Shown: positions 35,857-43,050 of the stretch, piece by piece
Layout: each line of letters starts with the position of its first letter
Position numbering within the stretch: the first letter of the stretch is position 1
The notes under the pieces: model-generated
What the model saw: only the letters and a program-made list of their open reading frames with translations
Told to the model about the DNA's origin: nothing
The model's database searches: none
Made by a program: the position numbers and the translations under genes
Source: an uncultured archaeon
Lineage (GTDB): Archaea > Iainarchaeota > Iainarchaeia > Iainarchaeales > VGJJ01
Length of the DNA: 63,451 nucleotides
Assembly (NCBI GenBank): GCA_964363635.1
Contig: CAYIIU010000003.1
Coordinates: forward strand, 1-63,451
Direction: 5' to 3'

Positions 35857-36986
35857 GAGACCCAACCCCATGCCAGAGGACCATCGCCCAAAGCATTCAA
35901 CAAAACATACGCGAGCAACACGGCGGGAGCGAAGGGAGCGGAGGCTTTGACTTTAATCGTGTCATCCAACAAGCCTTCTTTTACCGCGTGTTGCAACTTG
36001 GCAATCTGATCGGGATACACTCCCGCGGCCTGCCGCGGGTCCGCCCACGATTCTCCGGAAGGATGGATGATGCGCATAATGGTTCCTAAATCACGGTCCA
36101 TTCCTGCCTTAATAATGGTTTTGAACGAGACGCTACGTTCACGCACGACTTTCCCGTCTTTCAAGCCAATCCACTCGCCGGGAATGTCCCCGTCTTGCAA
36201 ATCGGAAATTTTCTTCCGTGCGGAGAGTACGTGGCGCTGAGCAAAACCATACCACGCGAGCAAAAAATTGACTAGGAGCAAAACACCCAAAACAGATGGA
36301 ATGAGACCCCATGAAATAGCCGAAGTAAGAATTCCAAACACAGAAAGAAAGGCCAACCCCTTCCGAATCACACCCGGAACAAAACCCGCTGCGAGCAATA
36401 CGAGAATAAGGAATAGGGGAGAAACAGAAAGCTGATTCAAGACGTGCGTGAACAAGACGATCAACAAACCCCATTCGAGCGCACGCAGAAAAGCGTCGCG
36501 TGTGATTTGCACAAACTCTTTTCGATGGGATTTATGGTTAAGAACGGTGAAAGCGAGAAAGGCGGAGTAGGGCATGAGCGCGATGACACTGCCCATGAAC
36601 AAATTGAGCATGAAAAAAGGCAGTGTGCTTGCCACGATGAGTTCACGTCCGCCGAAAACAAATGAAAAATGAAAAAAAGAGCCCAGAACAAACGGATTGA
36701 ATGGATTCAGCGCCGCGAGGCCGGTGAAAAGTTTGACGTCCCCTCCCGCCCATGCTCCCGCGCGCCAAAAGATGTACGCAAGGATGAACACGGCAATAGT
36801 CAATACCGCAGACCATGCTAAGGGGGATATGGATTGCGTGAAATAGGATTCATACGCCGCAAGACTCAAACCAAGAACAATCATCCCGTACGAAACCCAA
36901 TCGGGAATGATGCGCTCCTTGAAATCCGTGTACGTGGAAATGGATAATCCGACAATTGAAAGAAGAAACGAAACGAGCGGAAACAC
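35853..36986 (-). CDS. A24-family prepilin peptidase (PibD/EppA/FlaK-like) with an inserted soluble domain
   Basis: Two catalytic Asp contexts, YTDFKERIIPD and AWAGGDVKLF. A hydrophilic segment of about 90 aa sits before the last helix. GTG start. Confidence 0.8.
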   Translation of the reverse strand: MFPLVSFLLSIVGLSISTYTDFKERIIPDWVSYGMIVLGLSLAAYESYFTQSISPLAWSAVLTIAVFILAYIFWRAGAWAGGDVKLFTGLAALNPFNPFVLGSFFHFSFVFGGRELIVASTLPFFMLNLFMGSVIALMPYSAFLAFTVLNHKSHRKEFVQITRDAFLRALEWGLLIVLFTHVLNQLSVSPLFLILVLLAAGFVPGVIRKGLAFLSVFGILTSAISWGLIPSVLGVLLLVNFLLAWYGFAQRHVLSARKKISDLQDGDIPGEWIGLKDGKVVRERSVSFKTIIKAGMDRDLGTIMRIIHPSGESWADPRQAAGVYPDQIAKLQHAVKEGLLDDTIKVKASAPFAPAVLLAYVLLNALGDGPLAWGWVS

Positions 36987-36990
36987 GGGG

Positions 36991-37167
36991 CTAATCCCCC
37001 AAGAAACTCGTCACGGTGGCGATGCGGAACTCTTCAATATTCTTTTCCGCCACTTGAGCAATGCCAACGACTTGGAAAGCCAGCAGCGCGGCGATGGTGG
37101 CGAGGACTACTCCAAATGCGACCGTGAGGAGGTACTCCAATGCAATCTGCGCGCGCTGTTCCATCAT
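36991..37167 (-). CDS. small type IV pilin (58 aa), not in the ORF track
   Basis: My translation is MMEQRAQIALEYLLTVAFGVVLATIAALLAFQVVGIAQVAEKNIEEFRIATVTSFLGD, from ATG 37167 to TAG 36991-36993. Confidence 0.75.
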   Translation of the reverse strand: MMEQRAQIALEYLLTVAFGVVLATIAALLAFQVVGIAQVAEKNIEEFRIATVTSFLGD

Positions 37168-37236
37168 GTGGGGGTGTCTGCCTAAAATGTTAAAAAAAAA
37201 TATTGCTGCCGCGGCTGCGCGGCAACAACCTATGAA

Positions 37237-37407
37237 TTAGGGAAAGTTCCCTGTGATCTGGTGTTTGAACGTATTGATGTTGTTGTTGATAATCGTGTTC
37301 GTCTGTCCGGTGGAACCAATGATGATAAGCAACACAATCGTCGCGATGAGCACCGCACCTCCAATCAATAAGAGATATTCGAGAGCTCCTTGTCCTTTTT
37401 GATCCAT
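37237..37407 (-). CDS. small type IV pilin (56 aa), not in the ORF track
   Basis: My translation is MDQKGQGALEYLLLIGGAVLIATIVLLIIIGSTGQTNTIINNNINTFKHQITGNFP, from ATG 37407 to TAA 37237-37239. Confidence 0.8.
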   Translation of the reverse strand: MDQKGQGALEYLLLIGGAVLIATIVLLIIIGSTGQTNTIINNNINTFKHQITGNFP

Positions 37408-37425
37408 TTTTTTCCCTCCTCCTCA

Positions 37426-37590
37426 TTAGTTTGTCTGATTAATCACAGCATTCGACTGGTTCTGCAAATCCACTGACACGGTACTAAACACCCCTTTGAG
37501 GATTAATCCTGCAATGGTGGCGATGACAATGGCAATTCCCACGACCAGCAATGTTTCCATGGCCGTTTGACCGCGATTTTCATTCCACAT
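37426..37590 (-). CDS. small type IV pilin (54 aa), not in the ORF track
   Basis: My translation is MWNENRGQTAMETLLVVGIAIVIATIAGLILKGVFSTVSVDLQNQSNAVINQTN, from ATG 37590 to TAA 37426-37428. Confidence 0.75.
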   Translation of the reverse strand: MWNENRGQTAMETLLVVGIAIVIATIAGLILKGVFSTVSVDLQNQSNAVINQTN

Positions 37591-38522
37591 CAGAGACCCG
37601 ATCCTACGATGGTGCCAACCAGTATTTGCGACAGAAAGAATACTGTGTAAGCGAGCATAAGCAACAAAGGGATGTATAAAAGGCTTTTGGAAAGCTTGCC
37701 GTCGCGCATCGCCCCAATCATCACGGAAGCGGCCACGGCGATGATGAAAATGTACCCTTTAATGGCAAAAATAATCATGTCACGCGCCCCTTTCACTTTG
37801 GACAAATCCGCACCCGTGACGGCACCCGTGTTGGCGGATGTGCGAATCAAAAAGTCAATAACCACGGAAACTAATCCGAAAATGAACGGCGCCACCATCA
37901 CTCCCGCAGCGACCATAAAAATAACCTGCAAAATGGTTTTGGATTTCCGCTCCGCGGAGATCCGGTTCATTTCACGCACATCCTGCGAAATATCATCCAG
38001 AATTTCAGCGAGCTGCGCACCCGCACGGACGGTGTCTACAATAATCGTAATAACACGCCCAACGAGACGCGAATCCACATTGCGCGTGAGCGACAAAAGA
38101 GAGTTTTCAAAATTCTCGCCCTCTTCCAACTTTCGCAATACTTTTTTCATCTCATCCGAAAGGGGGCCGTACTGCGCCGAGGCCACTTCACGCAGCGCGT
38201 ACTCGTACGTGGAGCCCGTTTTGAGCGTGTCGGAGATTTGCTTCAACGCATCGGGAAGAGCCTCTTCAATGGCATCGATGCGCGAACGGCCCTTAATGTA
38301 TGGGTAACCCACCATGGCATCAAGCACAATGGCAAACGCCAAGATGCCCAACAGGGGTTCGTTGATTTTAAGTATGGCCGAACCGGCGAACACGAGCAAA
38401 CCCAATGCGAGCGCTGCGATGAAGGAGCCCACGAGCCAGAGCAGAGGTGGAACATCCAAGTTGGCCTGCTGCATGTAATAGGCGTACTTCTCCAATGGTG
38501 TTTTTTTTTCAAAGATCCCCAT
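37590..38522 (-). CDS. T2SSF-domain platform protein (TadC/EpdK-like)
   Basis: ALPDALKQISDTLKTGSTYEYALREVA...LSDEMKKVLRKLEEGENFENSL is a T2SSF repeat, flanked by TM helices. Confidence 0.8.
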   Translation of the reverse strand: MGIFEKKTPLEKYAYYMQQANLDVPPLLWLVGSFIAALALGLLVFAGSAILKINEPLLGILAFAIVLDAMVGYPYIKGRSRIDAIEEALPDALKQISDTLKTGSTYEYALREVASAQYGPLSDEMKKVLRKLEEGENFENSLLSLTRNVDSRLVGRVITIIVDTVRAGAQLAEILDDISQDVREMNRISAERKSKTILQVIFMVAAGVMVAPFIFGLVSVVIDFLIRTSANTGAVTGADLSKVKGARDMIIFAIKGYIFIIAVAASVMIGAMRDGKLSKSLLYIPLLLMLAYTVFFLSQILVGTIVGSGL

Positions 38523-38543
38523 AAAACTATCAACTCACATACC

Positions 38544-39734
38544 CTACACGCGCGGCTGGCTGATATACAAATAGTACGCCAGACCTCCCAGCAATGAGGG
38601 CATAATCAAAAAATAAAAAATGAGAACAATCGGAGGCGTGAGCGGGAGGCTTACTCCCAACGGAAGACCACCGTTGACAATCGCCGCCATGACACCCACA
38701 AAAACGGGCATGACGATTCCCATGAAAATGAAAATGACTCCGAAAAAATTTAATTTTTCCGAATAGTCGCGCACTTTCATACGCAGGTCGAATGAAACAT
38801 CGCTCGCAATGGTTCCCATAATCTCCGAAAGGTTTCCACCCGTGCGCAAGGCGCGCATAATATGCCGCAACGCATTGGCAAGAGGCTTCGACTGCGTGCG
38901 CGCGGCAAAATGACGCAGCGCATCTTTTGTATCCGTCCCTTCTTCAATCTCCGAAATCGTACGCGTAAATTCCTGCGAGAGCACCCCATAATCGGCCTTG
39001 GCAATGGTTTGAAGGGTTTTATACAACCCGATTCCGGCGCGCAGCTCGGTAGCCATATGCCGGAGTGCGAATGGAAGTTCAGTAGAGCAAATATCCCCGC
39101 GCTTTTGGGCATTGGATTGAGGAATAATAAAACCCACAAAAATGGCTACGAGCATGAGAAAAAACGCCCCAAAGAAGGGAATGATGTATGAAAGAGCAAC
39201 GACGGTCGGGCTTAGCACCTGCTGGCGCTGCTCCGCCAGATAGCGCAAAAGGAGGAAGAACAATTCTCCAAACGAAAAAGAGACGATAAGGACAATGACG
39301 GAAACGACTGAAATGAGCGCGACCCATTGCTTAGGAGAATAGGGCATGTTGGCCGAGTACAAATAATAATTCAGCGACTTCATTTGGGGAAGCGTCTCCA
39401 TAAATTTTCCAATGCGCTCAAACAGACCATGCAGAGAAAAATACAAGTGTCCAAGGATGCGGATGTAGGGGGATTTTCCATCACGCAGGGATTCGACACT
39501 TTGCACCTCTACATTTTTTTGACCCGAACCCGAAATAATCCCCTTCAGCTCGCCCAACTTTCCTTCCACTTCATTGAACTCCAACCCTTCCGTGCGGTAT
39601 TTTGATTTCATCCTATTTACAATGGTATCAATCTCACGGTCGGAAAGCTCTTCCTGAATCTCGTCTGCTGCAGAAAACTTTTTCTTTTTCTCCTCGATGC
39701 GGGAACGGATGCCGGAAAACTCTTCATTAGGCAT
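38544..39734 (-). CDS. T2SSF-domain platform protein (TadB/EpdJ-like)
   Basis: LPFALRHMATELRAGIGLYKTLQTIA...SQEFTRTISEIEEGTDTKDAL plus TM helices. Confidence 0.8.
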   Translation of the reverse strand: MPNEEFSGIRSRIEEKKKKFSAADEIQEELSDREIDTIVNRMKSKYRTEGLEFNEVEGKLGELKGIISGSGQKNVEVQSVESLRDGKSPYIRILGHLYFSLHGLFERIGKFMETLPQMKSLNYYLYSANMPYSPKQWVALISVVSVIVLIVSFSFGELFFLLLRYLAEQRQQVLSPTVVALSYIIPFFGAFFLMLVAIFVGFIIPQSNAQKRGDICSTELPFALRHMATELRAGIGLYKTLQTIAKADYGVLSQEFTRTISEIEEGTDTKDALRHFAARTQSKPLANALRHIMRALRTGGNLSEIMGTIASDVSFDLRMKVRDYSEKLNFFGVIFIFMGIVMPVFVGVMAAIVNGGLPLGVSLPLTPPIVLIFYFLIMPSLLGGLAYYLYISQPRV

Positions 39735-42136
39735 TAGACATTCTCCAAAAAATCCCGAGACAATTGAGAGACGGTTTTCATATCGCGCACGTTCCTATCC
39801 ACCAGACCTTGAAGGAATCGTTCGCGTCTTTTTAACTCCCCTTGCATTTCGACCTGAGTTTTACCCGTTAATTGAGCCAACCGCTCAAAATATTTCACAG
39901 GCATGTTGGTGCGGGACATTTCGTCCTTGACCGCATCCCACTCAAACACGGTTTCGGTGCGGGCCTTTCCCTCCAACACGCCGTGAACCTCGGCAATCTC
40001 CATGATTCTACGATATGTCCCGCGCTGCGAAGAATGAAATAAGTTCTCAACGATGACAAAATTCAAACCCGAAAGCATGACTTCAGGAACACTCATGGGA
40101 GGACTGGTTACGCGTACAAGGGTTTCCTGCGCCGAATTGGCATGAATCGTTCCCATCGAATTACCTACAATTATCCCCTCGGCCACAAAATTATGGGGCA
40201 TTTTCCCTGTTTCGTTGGATTCGTTTACCGTTAGATCATACACGAAACCAGAATAAGATTTCACATCAATTGAAACAATTTCATCCATGACAACATCCGA
40301 ATCCAAAACGGAGTCGCCCAAAAAATTCTGTGTCCAATCACTTATATCATTTTCGATACGCAGTGGACAAGCAACGTGCTGACCAATAACTAATGTTTCT
40401 GCTAATCTCCGAACGATTTTCTCTTCAAAACAATAAAACGGATGATTTCCCGTCGCAGTAATTTCGTTACCAGAAGCCAATTTTATATGGTATACCATTC
40501 CTTCAAACGGCTTACGACGAGCCTGCACAATGGAAGACCGGAATAGTTTCCCATTGGAATCAATCGAAGTAATGTGCTCATTCTCAATCGAACAAACATC
40601 CCATTCGCCTTCTTTCCATGAAGAATGGTCCAGTTTTGAATCGACAAACGAACCGATTTCCAAGATACCGGATGTAAGGGGTATTTTGGCATCTCCAATC
40701 AAACAACCATCGTGACCCGTGTTCATCGCGGTGAACAGGGAGAACGCTTCATCATGGCGGACTTCACCCACAATGATTCGGTCCGGGCGCATACGCAAAC
40801 TATTTTTGGTGAGAATGTCCAAGGTTATTTCTCCCTTTCCTTCCAAACCGGGAGGGCGGCCTTCCAAACGAATCCAGTGGCGCAATGGCAACGAGAGTTC
40901 GGACGTGTCTTCAATGGAAATAATACGCTCATTCGAGGGAATGAAGGAACACAAGACGTTCAATAAGGTTGTTTTTCCCGAAGAGGTTCCTCCGGAGATG
41001 AGAATGTTGGCCGGCTGCGTTCCAAGACCATCCACGCACAACCACAAAAAAGCGGCCACATCCACGGAGAGCGTTTTGTAATTGATTAAATCAACAATCG
41101 AATACGGGTCCGAGCGGAACTTTCGAATGGTGAGAGTTGAACCGGACACCGAGGCGGGGGGAATCGTCGCATTGACACGCGAACCATCCGGCAAACGAGC
41201 ATCCAAGAGAGGGGAAGAAATATCCACGCGACGCCCAACCTCACGGGCAATTCGATTAACCAAATCCTGCACTTCATTGTCGTTTGTGAATTCCACATTC
41301 GTAATCATCATGTCGTATTTGCGGTGAAACACATACACGGGAACATTTGGACCTATTACCATGATTTCTTCGAGCTTATCATCCTTGATCAGGGAGTCAA
41401 TGAGACCATACCCGACCATCTCCGATACCACGGCCTGCGCATAAAAATCAAACTTGGTGGAAGGAACTTTCAATTCGGGAGACGCACGCAAAATCTCCAA
41501 CACCTGCTGCGCGTACACATTTCTTTTTTGCTCCGGGTCGCGAATACGATACGGGGTAATACTGATGAGCCGCGTCGCAGCCTCTTTGAGCGTGTTGATG
41601 ATGGCCCGCTCACTCACGGTGGGACGTGCCACTGGAATGGTGTAATACATGAGGGGCTCGCCCTGCACGCGGTAAATTTTGGCGTCGCCATACTCATCGA
41701 TAAGCGTTTTCGGCTTGTCCGACATCAACTGTTCAAACGTGTCGACTTTTCCTTTGGACATTTCCTGCAATTGCTGCACGACTTTAGAAGGCGAAGCAAA
41801 CGCGGAGGACGTGGGACGAGGAGCAATATCCTTATCGGGAGTGGGAACAAATTCAGGAATGGAAATAGAAGCCGTTTCGACACGCGACTCCATACGTGCA
41901 ACGGGGGAAACGGAAGGAATCCCTCCGGCAGAAGTGTAGGATGAAGGAGGAACAAACCCAGTGTTTCCCGAACTGGAACGAAGGGCGTTGATTTTACGCA
42001 CCAACTCGTCAATGTTTTCTCCCGCAGGAGCGGCAGGAATTTCGGTTTTGACGGAAGAAACCTTAGGCTTCAATGAAGCGGGGGAACTACCCGATGGAAC
42101 GAGCGGTTTTACTTGGAGAGAGGTGTTTTCACTCAT
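39734..42136 (-). CDS. CpaF/TadA/VirB11-family type IV filament assembly ATPase, intein-containing precursor
   Basis: Walker A ISGGTSSGKTTLLN, Asp box/Walker B RPDRIIVGEVRHDEA, and a His-box AMNTGHDG...SMGTIHAN split by 182 aa. The N-terminal extension of about 140 aa is S/P-rich. Confidence 0.9.
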   Translation of the reverse strand: MSENTSLQVKPLVPSGSSPASLKPKVSSVKTEIPAAPAGENIDELVRKINALRSSSGNTGFVPPSSYTSAGGIPSVSPVARMESRVETASISIPEFVPTPDKDIAPRPTSSAFASPSKVVQQLQEMSKGKVDTFEQLMSDKPKTLIDEYGDAKIYRVQGEPLMYYTIPVARPTVSERAIINTLKEAATRLISITPYRIRDPEQKRNVYAQQVLEILRASPELKVPSTKFDFYAQAVVSEMVGYGLIDSLIKDDKLEEIMVIGPNVPVYVFHRKYDMMITNVEFTNDNEVQDLVNRIAREVGRRVDISSPLLDARLPDGSRVNATIPPASVSGSTLTIRKFRSDPYSIVDLINYKTLSVDVAAFLWLCVDGLGTQPANILISGGTSSGKTTLLNVLCSFIPSNERIISIEDTSELSLPLRHWIRLEGRPPGLEGKGEITLDILTKNSLRMRPDRIIVGEVRHDEAFSLFTAMNTGHDGCLIGDAKIPLTSGILEIGSFVDSKLDHSSWKEGEWDVCSIENEHITSIDSNGKLFRSSIVQARRKPFEGMVYHIKLASGNEITATGNHPFYCFEEKIVRRLAETLVIGQHVACPLRIENDISDWTQNFLGDSVLDSDVVMDEIVSIDVKSYSGFVYDLTVNESNETGKMPHNFVAEGIIVGNSMGTIHANSAQETLVRVTSPPMSVPEVMLSGLNFVIVENLFHSSQRGTYRRIMEIAEVHGVLEGKARTETVFEWDAVKDEMSRTNMPVKYFERLAQLTGKTQVEMQGELKRRERFLQGLVDRNVRDMKTVSQLSRDFLENV
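40160..40705 (-). mobile_element. mini-intein (182 codons) in the pilus ATPase
   Basis: It starts at Cys478 (TGT, 40703-40705; CLIGDAKIPL). It has ITATGNHPFY (TxxH-like block B) and GFVYDLTV...HNFVAEGIIVGN ending in Asn659 (AAT, 40160-40162), followed by Ser+1. Excision restores GHDGSMGTIHAN. Confidence 0.8.
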
Positions 42137-42340
42137 ACAATCGCGAAAAAAAGAAAAAATACGTCAATATAAACCAACCTTTTGCGAAAAGGTTGATCAA
42201 AAGCCAACGTGGGGATTTACATTGTAAATCCCCGATAGTTGTCCTTCCGAACGGGTTCAGTTCAACCTTTGAATTAGGTTAATCAAATATTGGACACCAT
42301 TCGCGAATGACACCCAAACTTCCGCACGGCCGCAGGTTAG

Positions 42341-42367
42341 CGGCCTTTGAAAAAAGGCTGGCGAAAA
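42341..42367. repeat. TTTTCGCC(A)GCC-hairpin repeat, inverted degenerate copy
   Basis: The reverse complement reads TTTTCGCCAGCCTTTTTTCAAAGGCCG. Confidence 0.55.
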
Positions 42368-42507
42368 CCCTACTCTGCGAATCCGTCCAATAGTTTCAGC
42401 AAAAGCATGACCAAAAAGGCCTTTTGAATGGATTTAGACGGCCAATCGACAAAATCCTAGCAGATTTATATACGACAACTCGTTCAACGAGAGAAGAAGA
42501 GGCCCAT

Positions 42508-42930
42508 ATGCACCGAATCATGCTATTCAGACTTGGAACAAGGGACGTCCACCTGCCCAAACTATTTGGAGCATTCATTATGTTAGGAGCGGCCATGATG
42601 ATGGTACAAAGCCTCGCAGGAATGTTCGATTCGTGGGAAAACGTGCACGCAATACACGCATGCATTGATGCGGCGAACACGGAAACGGTCTCGATTCAGG
42701 ATTGCCAGACGATTGCATATTACGGACTCGGAATTTTACTCCGCGCCAATCAATACCGCTTGACGGATTTGCAAGTCGTGAGCGGATTACTCCCGCATGT
42801 GGCGAACGTATTCTTCTGGGTCGGAGGATTTATCATCGGGCTATTGCTTTACCGCTCATGGAGAATTTTGATTCCCATTGAAGAAAGCATCACCAACATC
42901 CGCACGCCGCGATGGAAGAAGAAACGATAA
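42508..42930 (+). CDS. hypothetical membrane protein
   Basis: The ATG at 42508 gives MHRIMLFRLG..., with helices LFGAFIMLGAAMMMV and VFFWVGGFIIGLLLY. The track start at 42424 is TTG. Confidence 0.45.
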   Translation: MHRIMLFRLGTRDVHLPKLFGAFIMLGAAMMMVQSLAGMFDSWENVHAIHACIDAANTETVSIQDCQTIAYYGLGILLRANQYRLTDLQVVSGLLPHVANVFFWVGGFIIGLLLYRSWRILIPIEESITNIRTPRWKKKR

Positions 42931-43019
42931 TTAAAATTAAAAAAAATAATTGAAAACAAAAAATAGAAAAAGAAGGGGAAAATTAATCCCCATTCTTTGA
43001 AATACTAATTTCTATTTTA

Positions 43020-43050
43020 TTTTTGATTAAACTTTTTCCTAAAAAGTTTA
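43020..43050. terminator. palindromic oligo-T terminator copy between convergent 42508-42930 and dnaG
   Basis: TTTTTGATTAAACTTTTTCCTAAAAAGTTTA. The terminal TTA is the complement of the dnaG stop (43048-43050). Confidence 0.55.

Noticed and set aside
37190-37426. 78-aa ORF listed in the track between the peptidase and platform genes.
   Set aside because: Another frame on the same strand encodes two clean class III signal peptide pilins (37237-37407 and 37426-37590). The 78-aa product is R/H/D-rich and implausible.
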